NCBI GenBank assembly: GCA_963668675.2
Contig: CAXXMB010000002.1
Span: 2,048,001-2,112,000, forward strand
Source of the DNA: an uncultured Desulfatitalea sp.
GTDB taxonomy: Bacteria; Desulfobacterota; Desulfobacteria; Desulfobacterales; Desulfosarcinaceae
DNA: 64,000 nt
Reading direction: 5' to 3'
Under the pieces are notes generated by a model. It made no database searches. It saw only the letters and a program-made list of their open reading frames with translations, and was not told the origin of the DNA. Positions 40,591 through 49,747 of the stretch are shown piece by piece (within the stretch, counting starts at the first letter, position 1; the number at the start of each line of letters is the position of its first letter). A program made the translations under genes and the position numbers.

Positions 40591-40776
40591 ATGAAAATCA
40601 CAGTAGAAAAAAACATCGTTGAGTTTGTACCCGAAAACACATTGGAGACGGCCGATCTGGAGAAGCTGTGGAACACGATCGTCGATTGCGTCAAATTCAA
40701 CAAAAAATTGGTTCCCATCGGAGAGTTCGTGCCCCAGAAGTCCAATCTGGCGCGCTTTACCATTGAAGATAAGTAA
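40591..40776 (+). CDS. Small hypothetical protein (61 aa)
   Basis: G-rich RBS; MKITVEKNIVEFVPEN..LW..IVDC..KKLVPIGE. Confidence 0.75.
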   Translation: MKITVEKNIVEFVPENTLETADLEKLWNTIVDCVKFNKKLVPIGEFVPQKSNLARFTIEDK

Positions 40777-40834
40777 TTTGTTGGATTCATAGAAACAAGC
40801 GTAACTAAAAATGAATTTGAATGAGGAGGCAGGT

Positions 40835-41275
40835 ATGCACAAGGTATTGGTGGCTTACATCAGCAGGACAGGCATGACGGAAAAAATGGCCAACTTAATC
40901 GCCGAGGGCGTCCGCATGGGCGGCCAGGATGCAGTCGTTTGTAAAATTGGAGAGATCAAAAGTGAAAAGGATTTGGAGGGCTACGATGGCTATATCTTCG
41001 GCTGCCCCACCTACCATCGCGATATGACCAACGGGATGAAGTCCTTCCTGTTTCTGGCTCAAAAAGCCAACCTGACCGGCAAAATGGGCGGCGCCTTCTG
41101 CTCATATACCCACAGCGGCGAATCAGGACCCATGATTTTCGATACCATGCAGCATGTCTATAAGATGGATATGGTTGATTTGGGTGCGCTTAACCTGAAG
41201 GAGCATGTCATCGATACCCAGGACGGCACCAAAGCCTGCCAGGATTATGGTCGAAACCTGTCGGGTAAGCTTTAA
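40835..41275 (+). CDS. Flavodoxin domain protein
   Basis: YISRTGMTEKMA, FGCPTY, GGAFCSYTHSG; GAGGAGG RBS. Confidence 0.9.
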   Translation: MHKVLVAYISRTGMTEKMANLIAEGVRMGGQDAVVCKIGEIKSEKDLEGYDGYIFGCPTYHRDMTNGMKSFLFLAQKANLTGKMGGAFCSYTHSGESGPMIFDTMQHVYKMDMVDLGALNLKEHVIDTQDGTKACQDYGRNLSGKL

Positions 41276-41351
41276 CAGCAGCGGTTGGATGCGTCGATTC
41301 GCCGTCACATTGGACTGAGGGCGAATCGGCGCAAACGTCCACCAGTGAGAA

Positions 41352-41684
41352 CTAAAACGCCATCTTCTCCGGGGGACGTCTTTCTGGTACATATTCATGG
41401 GGAATGGTCTCATCGTTCCAAGCCTGGGAAACATAGAGGTTGCAGTAGCAGCTTCCGAACGCTTCCACATCCGGTTCCCGATAGACGCATGGGCAGATGA
41501 TGTCTTTGTCTTGTTCGCGATCACCCGATGCCAATCGGCACGGACACGCCATGTATCCGTAACGCGCCTTGTTCTCCAGCAACGCATCGAGCAATTCGAA
41601 AACACGCTCTTTGTCATTGCTGAAATAGTAACCTTTGGCTTCTTGAACTCGCTTCAGATTTTCATACAGTTGTTGCCTGTCCAT
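41352..41684 (-). CDS. Ferredoxin:thioredoxin reductase catalytic subunit
   Basis: CPC, CPC and CYC motifs. Confidence 0.93.
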   Translation of the reverse strand: MDRQQLYENLKRVQEAKGYYFSNDKERVFELLDALLENKARYGYMACPCRLASGDREQDKDIICPCVYREPDVEAFGSCYCNLYVSQAWNDETIPHEYVPERRPPEKMAF

Positions 41685-41938
41685 TACAGCCCCAGGGCCT
41701 CCTTGATTTCATCCTCTTTGAAACCGACGATCACTTTTTCGCCAATGATGATCGTGGGAAAGGAACATTTGGGATTGAATTTTTTGACATCTTCCAAAAT
41801 GGCCTTGCGCTCATCGCCTTCCAGAAGATCCACATCTACAAAATCATACTGAACGGTACAGTCACTTAAAAACTTCTTGGTCGATTTGCAATGGCTGCAG
41901 GTACTCAAACTGAATATTTTTACAGGTTCATTACCCAT
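41684..41938 (-). CDS. Glutaredoxin/NrdH-like protein
   Basis: LSTCSHC, SFPT, IVGF; coupled to FTR. Confidence 0.9.
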   Translation of the reverse strand: MGNEPVKIFSLSTCSHCKSTKKFLSDCTVQYDFVDVDLLEGDERKAILEDVKKFNPKCSFPTIIIGEKVIVGFKEDEIKEALGL

Positions 41939-42142
41939 GTCAGCTTTCCTTTCACTTGGTTGGCACGATTGGGAGTGTGGCTGGTTGAAAGCCAGTTGAG
42001 ACTGGATCAATGCGATACAGTCAGAAATGCGATCCGTCCTATTTCCTTATTACAACTCATTTGAGAATGCAAACCGACGGTTCTATTTGATCTTCAGGAC
42101 AGAGTAATTGGCACTTTTTTCTCTTTCCACTCAATTCCGCGC

Positions 42143-42192
42143 TTGACATGCTTCGACACTCACTATAATGATATTAGTAATGATTACTAATA
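42143..42192 (+). promoter_or_regulatory. Sigma70-like cooS promoter with perfect 10-1-10 operator palindrome
   Basis: TTGACA-15-TATAAT followed by TATTAGTAAT-G-ATTACTAATA (42172-42192). Confidence 0.7.
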
Positions 42193-42366
42193 AGGACAAA
42201 AAAAGCCCGCTCCAACTAAACGAACAGACCAACCCGTGCGACCATACAAGATCTATATTTAAGCGCATCCTACCACAAACACGGTGACAGGATGCAAAGC
42301 GCAAATTGCAGCCAAGTAAACATAACCAAGCCATATGAAAACAATCTTTCCAAGAAGGGAGACGAC

Positions 42367-44352
42367 ATGGAAATCAAGAAAAAAGTGGAGAAGGTGGCCA
42401 AGCAAACCAAGGAGCTTCCGGTACAGGACCTGACCATCTGCTCGGCAACCCAGCAAATGATCACCAAGGGACGCACCGACGGTGTGGAGACGGCCTTCGA
42501 CCGTGCGGCCAACATGAAGGCGTGTCCGATCGGATCGGATTCGGCCTGCTGCAAGCACTGCTTCATGGGGCCGTGCCGCCTTAACGCCAAGGATCCCTAT
42601 GGCAAGGTGGGGGTTTGCGGCGCCACCATCGACACCATCATGGCGCGCAACTTCGCCCGCATGGTGGCCTCCGGGTGTGCCGCCCATACCGACCACGGCA
42701 TGAGCATGCTGGATGTGTTTCGCAGTGTGGTCAACGGCAAAATAAAAGATTACGAGATCAAGGATGTTCAAAAGCTTGAATCGGTGGCCCAATCCATCGG
42801 CATTGAAACCAACGGTCGCACCGTCAAAGAGATTGCCACCGAGCTGTACGAGGCATTGGAAAGCACCTACACCAATATAGAGGGTGAAATTCCCTTTGCC
42901 AAACGCGTTCCGCCCAAAACTTTGGAAACCTGGCGCAAACACGGTGTCGTTCCCCGGGGCGCCATGCGTGAGATCATGGAGATCATGCACCGCACCCATA
43001 TAGGCGTGGACCAGGATTATGCCAATATCACCAAACAGATCAGCCGAACCGCACTGGCCGATGGCTGGGGCGGCTCGATGGTGGCCACGGAAATTTCGGA
43101 CATCCTGTTCGGCACGCCGTCACCGGTAAGCGTCGAAGTCGACATGGGCGTGCTCAAAGAGGATCAGGTCAACGTCATCATCCATGGCCACGAACCCAAC
43201 CTGTTCGAGTCGATGATCGCCTCGGTCAATGAGCCCACGCTGCTCGAAGCGGCCAAAGCCGCCGGCGCCAAAGGCATCAACCTGGTTGGCATGTGCTGTT
43301 CCGGGGCTGAAGTGCTCGTTCGCCACGGCATCCCCCACGCCGGCAACTTCATGTCCACTGAAACGATACTGATCACCGGTGCAGTGGATATCATGGCCGT
43401 GGACGTCCAGTGCATCAAACAGGGATTGGTCAAAGTGGCCGAATGCTACAACACGCCGCTTATCACCACCAACCCGCGCTGCCATATCGAAGGGGCCACG
43501 CATGTTGAATTTGATGACCATAATCCCAAAGAGACCACGGATGAGATTGTCATCAAAGCCATCTCGCGCTTCAAGCACCGTACCGCCAAAATCGAAATTC
43601 CACGAAATGTGTCCCTGGGCGTTCATGGATTCTCGCACGAGTATATCAACTATATGCTGGGCGGCTCCTTCCGCGGCTCCTACACACCGCTGAACGAAAA
43701 CATCATTAACGGCCGCATCCGTGGTGTTGCCGGTGTGGTCGGCTGCACCAACCCTCGGGTCAAACAGGACTGGGCGCATGTGGAGCTGGTCAAAGAGCTG
43801 ATCCAGAACGATGTGCTCGTTCTGCAGACCGGGTGTTCTCAGATCGCTCTCGCCAAAGCCGGCTTGACCACGCCCGAAGCCGCCCATCTGGCAGGTCCGG
43901 GACTTCAGGAGGTGTGTGAAACCGTCGGCATGCCACCGGTTCTCGGACTAGGCTCCTGCGTCGACAACAGCCGCATCCTGATCGCCGCCTCTGAAATGGT
44001 AAAGACTGGCGGATTGGGTGACTCGATTGCCGACCTGCCGGTGGCCGGCTGTGCGCCAGAGTATATGAGCGAGAAGGCCATCTCTATCGGCCACTACTTT
44101 GTCGCCTCCGGTGTTTATACGGTATTCGGCGTCACCTTCCCCATTGTCGAAGGCACCAAATTCCACAAGCATCTGTTCGAGGATCTGGAGACGATGGGCT
44201 TTGGCAAGTGGGGATTCGCAGAGGATCCCCATGAAATTGCCCGCCTGATGATCGACCATATCGACAAGAAGCGTAAGGCGCTGGGTCTCGACAAATCCCG
44301 AGAGCGTGTTCTCATGGACATGTCCGACCGTCGCTCGATCGATGCCGCATAG
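42367..44352 (+). CDS. cooS: Ni,Fe carbon monoxide dehydrogenase catalytic subunit
   Basis: CPIGSDSACCKHCFMGPC, HTDH, HGHEP, GMCC, DVQC, VGCTN, TGCS, GSCVDN, SEKA. Confidence 0.97.
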   Translation: MEIKKKVEKVAKQTKELPVQDLTICSATQQMITKGRTDGVETAFDRAANMKACPIGSDSACCKHCFMGPCRLNAKDPYGKVGVCGATIDTIMARNFARMVASGCAAHTDHGMSMLDVFRSVVNGKIKDYEIKDVQKLESVAQSIGIETNGRTVKEIATELYEALESTYTNIEGEIPFAKRVPPKTLETWRKHGVVPRGAMREIMEIMHRTHIGVDQDYANITKQISRTALADGWGGSMVATEISDILFGTPSPVSVEVDMGVLKEDQVNVIIHGHEPNLFESMIASVNEPTLLEAAKAAGAKGINLVGMCCSGAEVLVRHGIPHAGNFMSTETILITGAVDIMAVDVQCIKQGLVKVAECYNTPLITTNPRCHIEGATHVEFDDHNPKETTDEIVIKAISRFKHRTAKIEIPRNVSLGVHGFSHEYINYMLGGSFRGSYTPLNENIINGRIRGVAGVVGCTNPRVKQDWAHVELVKELIQNDVLVLQTGCSQIALAKAGLTTPEAAHLAGPGLQEVCETVGMPPVLGLGSCVDNSRILIAASEMVKTGGLGDSIADLPVAGCAPEYMSEKAISIGHYFVASGVYTVFGVTFPIVEGTKFHKHLFEDLETMGFGKWGFAEDPHEIARLMIDHIDKKRKALGLDKSRERVLMDMSDRRSIDAA

Positions 44353-44383
44353 CCGAAACCCTGTTACATCACCACCATAAGTA

Positions 44384-44416
44384 AAAAGGGGCACTCCATT
44401 GCAGAGTGCCCCTTTT
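44384..44416. terminator. Bidirectional terminator after cooS
   Basis: aaaaggggcactc-N7-gagtgcccctttt. Confidence 0.85.
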
Positions 44417-44546
44417 GATTTTATCAATCAGCAACTTAAACTCACCGAACAGCTACAGCCCTTTTCCCGTATGCCATTGATTTAAAAGAGTACGCTGGCT
44501 TAAAACCAGCCCTTCCAGCCAGTGTCGTTTGCCAACAACGCTCCCC

Positions 44547-45917
44547 TTAAGAGGACTCGATGATGGCGGCGTTGTCGGAGAGAAAGCGGTAGAGGGTGGC
44601 GCGGCCAACTCCCAGTTCACGGGCTGCGCTGGCTTTGTTTCCACCGGTCTTGACCAGGGCGTCGCGAACGGACTGGATGTCCAGTTTCTTTATGCGGCCC
44701 AGCTTGGCCGGAACGATTTTGAGTTGCCGCAGCTCCATGGGCAGGTCGGCGGCGGTGATGACCTTGTTGTTGCACCGGACAATGGCGAATTGAATGGCGT
44801 TTTGCAGTTCGCGCACATTACCGGGCCAGGGGTAATCCATCATGAGCGCCATGGCGGCCTCCGATAGTGCAGGCGCCGTCTGTTCGTTACGTTCAGCCAC
44901 CTGGTGCAGAAAGTGGTCGGCGAGCATGGGAATATCGGTTTTTCGCTCTCGCAAGGGGGGGATGTGGATGGGAATCACATTGAGACGGTAGAAAAGGTCC
45001 TCGCGAAACAGGTCCCGCTGTACGGCTTGCTTGAGATCCTTGTTGGTGGCGCTGATGACGCGCACATCGACACTGACGGTGCGTTCGCCCCCCACCTTTT
45101 CGAAGGTGCCCTCCTGGAGGAAGCGCAGCAGTTTCACCTGGAGCAGCTTGGGCAGTTCGGCCACCTCATCGAGGAAGACGGTACCTCCGTCGGCCAGTTC
45201 GAAGCGTCCCTTCTTGTCCCGTATGGCGCCGGAAAAAGCGCCCTTCACATGCCCGAACAGTTCGCTCTCGATCAAGCCTTCGGGCAGCGCCCCGCAGTTG
45301 ATGGGCACAAATGGCGCACCGCCGCGGCGGCTTTCGTTGTGCACGGCATTGGCCACCAGCTCCTTGCCGGTGCCCGTTTCACCGAACAGATGGACCGGGA
45401 AATCGTACTGGGCCACATCGACGATCTGTTGGTAAACAGATCGCATCTTGCTGTCACCGCCAATGATGTTGGCAAACCGATTCTGCTCGCTGCTGCGCCG
45501 CTGTAGTTCCAGCAACTCGGTGACGTCGGTGAAGGAGGCCAGTACGCCGGTATAGTCGCCATCTTCGGCGCGCATCATTGTGGTGCGAAACTCCACCCTG
45601 CGGATATCACCCTTCTTGCTGGTAATGTTCAGGGTGTACGCCGCATGGTCGTGAAGAATCGGTCCGCCATCGCAAAACGAGCAGCGTTTGCCGCAAAAAG
45701 GCGCACCAAACACTTCGTGGCAATCGCGGCCGAGCACCTCTTGCCGGCTGTAGCCGGTGACGCGCTCGGCTTCGGCGTTGAAGAAGAAGATGTGGCGCTG
45801 CATGTCGTGGGCGATGATGCCCTCTTTGAGGTTGTCCAGAATACGGACTAGGTTCGCACGACTGGCAATGGTGGTGACGAGTTTTCTATCCGGCATCGTG
45901 GTCACAAAAGTCGTCAA
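44547..45917 (-). CDS. PAS-domain sigma54-dependent enhancer-binding protein (start may be 45896)
   Basis: Cys-rich PAS, GETGTGKE, GAFSGA, DLFYRLNV, Fis-type HTH. Confidence 0.93.
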   Translation of the reverse strand: MTTFVTTMPDRKLVTTIASRANLVRILDNLKEGIIAHDMQRHIFFFNAEAERVTGYSRQEVLGRDCHEVFGAPFCGKRCSFCDGGPILHDHAAYTLNITSKKGDIRRVEFRTTMMRAEDGDYTGVLASFTDVTELLELQRRSSEQNRFANIIGGDSKMRSVYQQIVDVAQYDFPVHLFGETGTGKELVANAVHNESRRGGAPFVPINCGALPEGLIESELFGHVKGAFSGAIRDKKGRFELADGGTVFLDEVAELPKLLQVKLLRFLQEGTFEKVGGERTVSVDVRVISATNKDLKQAVQRDLFREDLFYRLNVIPIHIPPLRERKTDIPMLADHFLHQVAERNEQTAPALSEAAMALMMDYPWPGNVRELQNAIQFAIVRCNNKVITAADLPMELRQLKIVPAKLGRIKKLDIQSVRDALVKTGGNKASAARELGVGRATLYRFLSDNAAIIESS

Positions 45918-46066
45918 GTTCCGATCAATGCAATGGGCCTAACCTGATGGGCCGTTTCAATTTGTGGGCCTGTTTCCTCGCCCGCAGTTGTCTGCCATAC
46001 TCACTCAAGAAGATAGAAAACCTATATGAGAGCGACGCCAAAGTCAATCACGGGTGGCACATGCAC

Positions 46067-46795
46067 TTACAGTTGGAAGGGCAGCGCCCGTCGCAGGGCT
46101 ATCCCCTTCAGGTCGATGGCGACATCATAGACGACGATCTCTACGCCCTGGGAGACCACTTGCCGCAAGCGGGCACCATACTCCGGATCGATCTCATATG
46201 CAGGTGAGAAGGTTTGCGCATCGCAGCGCTGAACGACAAAAAACATCATGGCCCTGGCGCCGCCCTCCTTCAGGTGCTGCAACTCGTCCAGATGCTTCTG
46301 CCCGCGCACCGTGCGCGCATCCGGAAAGCGGGCCACCCCATCTTCGACGAGGGTGCAGTTCTTCACTTCGATATAGCAGTCGGACCGGCCGCCGCCACTG
46401 AGCTTGAGATCGAGTCGGGAGTGGGCGCTCACCTTGACCTCCGTTGCCACGTGATCGTAACCGGCCAGCTCCGGCACGTCGCCATTGGCCGCAGCCAAGG
46501 CAACCAGTCGGTTGGGCACCAGGGTATTTACCCCCACCAGCGAGGTGGGCATCTCGATCAGCTCCCAGGTGAACTTCAGTTTGCGTTTCGGATTGTCGTG
46601 GGATGAGAGGTAGACCGGCCGCCCGGGCTCCTTGCAGGCGGCCATACTGCCAGAATTGGGGCAATGGGCGACCACCTCCTGCCCATCGTCCAGCACCACA
46701 TCGGCCAAAAATCGCTTATAGCGCTTTACCAGGGTACCGCGAATGAGAGGCGGCCAAGGCAGTTGGGAAGTGCTGACGGCACTCTTTTTCTTCAC
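46067..46795 (-). CDS. sfsA: DNA/RNA nuclease SfsA
   Basis: RYKRFLADV, HCPNSGSM, EVKNCTL, FPDA..RGQKHL; GTG start inferred. Confidence 0.92.
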   Translation of the reverse strand: MKKKSAVSTSQLPWPPLIRGTLVKRYKRFLADVVLDDGQEVVAHCPNSGSMAACKEPGRPVYLSSHDNPKRKLKFTWELIEMPTSLVGVNTLVPNRLVALAAANGDVPELAGYDHVATEVKVSAHSRLDLKLSGGGRSDCYIEVKNCTLVEDGVARFPDARTVRGQKHLDELQHLKEGGARAMMFFVVQRCDAQTFSPAYEIDPEYGARLRQVVSQGVEIVVYDVAIDLKGIALRRALPFQL

Positions 46796-46899
46796 AGGGC
46801 AGCTCCATGTTAAAAGGCTGAAGTCTGAAGGGTTAGCACGATCCAAGGCAGCAGGCAACACCCATAAGGCCGCATAACGATCCTTCAAGCTTCAGCCTC

Positions 46900-49158
46900 T
46901 CAACTGTCCAGCGTCTCCCGTACCGCCCTCCCCAACCCTTCAATGCTGTATGGTTTTCTCACATAGGCGCCCACGCCCAACGCCATGATCTGGCGGACGC
47001 GCTCGGTCTCTGAAAAGCCGCTGGCCAACACCGCCTTCTGGTTGGGGTGCAGCGAGAGGATCTGTCGATAGGTCTCCAGGCCGTCCATGCCGGGGTCCAT
47101 GATCATGTCGAGCACCAGCAGATCGACGGAGCCCTTTTCCATGTATGCTAACGCCTCCTCGCCACTGGAGACGGTCTCCACCTGGTAGCCCAGCTTTCTC
47201 AGGACCACGGTGGCGATTTCGCGCTGCTCCATCACATCGTCGACCACGAGCACCCTCTCGTTGCCCTTGAAATCATCGATGTTAAAGTTGCCGCCCTTGG
47301 CCTGAAGCATCTGCCCGGAGATGGGGAAGTAGAGATCGAAACGCGTACCGCGCCCCTCGATGCTCTTCAAGTCGATATATCCCTTGTGATCCTTTACGGT
47401 GCCGGAGACCACGCTCATGCCCAGCCCGGTACCGCTGCGCCCCATCTTCTTTTTGGTGTAAAAGGGTTCGAAGATGTGGCGCATATCCTCATCGGACATG
47501 CCGGAGCCCTCATCCTCGACCCGCAGCACAGCGTAATCGCCCGGTTTAATGCTCTGATATCCCCGGACCTTATCGTCCAGTTGGCAACGGAAGGTGGAGA
47601 CCTGCACCCGGCCGCCGTTCGGCATCGCCTCAGCCGCGTTTGAAACCAGATTCATCAAGGTTTTCGACAGGTGTATTTCACTGCCAAGAATGTTGGGCAG
47701 ATCCGGATCCAGGTTGATTTCAAAAGAGACCCCTTCGTGGAACTGCTGAATTTTTCCATGCTCAGCGGATCGCCAGTAATCCGCCACCACCTCATTGAGG
47801 TTGACGGCACTGCGAAGATCGACACCCCGACGGGCCAGGGTCAGCATATCCTGCACAATGGCCGCCGCCTTTTCACCCGATGTCTTGACGGTCACCAGCG
47901 GACCGTGCAAGGGGCTGTCCTCCGGCAAGTCCATGAGCAGCAGATCCGGATAGCCCACCAGGCCGCCCAGGATGTTGTTCAGATCGTGGGCCACGCCGCC
48001 GGCCAGGGTGCCAATGGCCTCCATCTTCTGTGCCTGTTCGAGCTGCATCTGCAGGCTTTTGCGTTCGGCGATATCCCGGGCAAAGGCGCAGAGATAGGCT
48101 TTGCCTTCGAACTCCAGGAAATTGGCGTATACCTCCACCGGTACCAATTTGCCATCCGTTTGCAGATGATCGGTCTCGAAGGTGATGGATTTTCGCGTGC
48201 GCGCCTTCTCCCATATTTCACGCCAGCGCTCCCGGCCAAGGGTGGGGTCGATATCTCCAACGCTCATGGCCAGCAAGGCCTCACGCGTCAACCCCAGGGA
48301 TTCACAGGCCGCCGTGTTGACATTGACGATGCGCCCCTGTCGATCCATCCAATAGGCGGCGTCGCCCATATGGTCCACGGAGAATTGGGTGAAATGGAGT
48401 TGCTCGTCGCGGGCCTGGATTTCGGACAGCATTTCATTGAAGCCGTCAAACAGAATGCCCAGTTCATCAAAGCTGTCGGTCTCCACACGGGTCGAATAGT
48501 CCTTGTTGCGCGAGACCCGGTTCATGGTTCGGGTGAGTGTGGTGATCGGGCCTGAGATGGTGCGCTGGGCCATGGTGGAGACCGCATAGGCGACAAGGAA
48601 AGAGAGAAGCAGGATGGCCAGACAGATCAACGTCACCGTGGTAAGACGCCGGTAGAGGGCTCGCAAGTCGGACGACACTTCGACCACGCCGATCATATTG
48701 CGATCGAGCACGATGGGCACCAACACCTTCAGGCTGTTGGCTTCAAACCGGTGGCTGCCGCTCCCGCTCCGGCCATCGAGCACGGCCTGAATCTCACTGT
48801 AAGCGCTATGGGCTGCCTTGTCCGCATGGGCCTTGTTGTCATTGTCCCTGTGGTATTGGGCAAAAAGCGAACCGTCTTCCCTGTAGATGCGACTACAGTC
48901 GATCTGGGGCTCGGCAGCCAGGGCCTTAAGCGTCTTATTGGCCGCATCCGGATCGTCAAACGTCAGGGCCGCCTCGCAATTGGTGCCGATCACACGGGCA
49001 ATCGATGAGATGTTCTCCAGGGTCGCCGAGCGGGTCGCGTAAAAGGCTCCCGATAAAATGGCGACCAGGGTGACCACGAGCGCCACGCCACTGGTGAACA
49101 TGCTGATCATTATCAGCTTGTTTTTGATGGTTCGGTTTTGAAATCGAAACAGGGCCAT
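46900..49158 (-). CDS. Hybrid sensor kinase (periplasmic sensor, HAMP, PAS, HK, REC)
   Basis: Two TM helices, AALTFDD periplasmic motif as in YfiN-type sensors, AHDLNN, C-terminal receiver. Confidence 0.9.
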   Translation of the reverse strand: MALFRFQNRTIKNKLIMISMFTSGVALVVTLVAILSGAFYATRSATLENISSIARVIGTNCEAALTFDDPDAANKTLKALAAEPQIDCSRIYREDGSLFAQYHRDNDNKAHADKAAHSAYSEIQAVLDGRSGSGSHRFEANSLKVLVPIVLDRNMIGVVEVSSDLRALYRRLTTVTLICLAILLLSFLVAYAVSTMAQRTISGPITTLTRTMNRVSRNKDYSTRVETDSFDELGILFDGFNEMLSEIQARDEQLHFTQFSVDHMGDAAYWMDRQGRIVNVNTAACESLGLTREALLAMSVGDIDPTLGRERWREIWEKARTRKSITFETDHLQTDGKLVPVEVYANFLEFEGKAYLCAFARDIAERKSLQMQLEQAQKMEAIGTLAGGVAHDLNNILGGLVGYPDLLLMDLPEDSPLHGPLVTVKTSGEKAAAIVQDMLTLARRGVDLRSAVNLNEVVADYWRSAEHGKIQQFHEGVSFEINLDPDLPNILGSEIHLSKTLMNLVSNAAEAMPNGGRVQVSTFRCQLDDKVRGYQSIKPGDYAVLRVEDEGSGMSDEDMRHIFEPFYTKKKMGRSGTGLGMSVVSGTVKDHKGYIDLKSIEGRGTRFDLYFPISGQMLQAKGGNFNIDDFKGNERVLVVDDVMEQREIATVVLRKLGYQVETVSSGEEALAYMEKGSVDLLVLDMIMDPGMDGLETYRQILSLHPNQKAVLASGFSETERVRQIMALGVGAYVRKPYSIEGLGRAVRETLDS

Positions 49159-49173
49159 TTTAAATCCAGCCTT

Positions 49174-49716
49174 CTACTCAACGATATCGGCCAGTCGCAA
49201 CAGTTGCGAACTGATCTTCAACCCGACGCGGTCGGCGGCGGCCGGATTGATCTGGAACCTGATCTTGTTGCCCACATTGATCAAGTTAATCATCACGCCC
49301 TGGTGAGCAAAACGGTTGGTGTCTCCCACCGTCAACACCGGCTTGCCCTGCAGGCGCTCGAGGATATCGGCCAGCCAGGGCTCGACACTGGCGCAGATAA
49401 AGATCACCTGGCACCCGCTCAGTTCGTCGAGAGCGTTCGCCCGGAGAATTTTCAACGGTTTGGACCTGACCAGCTTCTTTTCGATCACAGCGATATCTGC
49501 ACCGAAGGGGTCGTCACCCAAGATACCGATTTTAAAAACAGCCGAGCCCTTCTGGGAAACAGTGGCCGGCCACTCGACAAATTTAGCGAAGTTGTAGAGG
49601 AAGGCAGCCTTGATCTGATACTCGCTCACCGTCGCTGCGCGGGCGCAAACCTGCCAGGCCGGAAAGACCAGCATCGTCACCAACGTCAACAGGGCTATGG
49701 TGCGCTTCGTTGCCAT
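49174..49716 (-). CDS. YfiR-family periplasmic protein
   Basis: EYQIKAAFLYNFAKFVEWP, VLTVGD, LKISSQLLRLA. Confidence 0.9.
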   Translation of the reverse strand: MATKRTIALLTLVTMLVFPAWQVCARAATVSEYQIKAAFLYNFAKFVEWPATVSQKGSAVFKIGILGDDPFGADIAVIEKKLVRSKPLKILRANALDELSGCQVIFICASVEPWLADILERLQGKPVLTVGDTNRFAHQGVMINLINVGNKIRFQINPAAADRVGLKISSQLLRLADIVE

Positions 49717-49747
49717 CAAGATTGCGTCAGACCCCTTTGTTGATCCC

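Noticed and set aside
25822..42010. Selenocysteine readthrough in the redox genes
   Set aside because: Catalytic motifs are encoded with Cys and TGA stops fall at expected protein ends.
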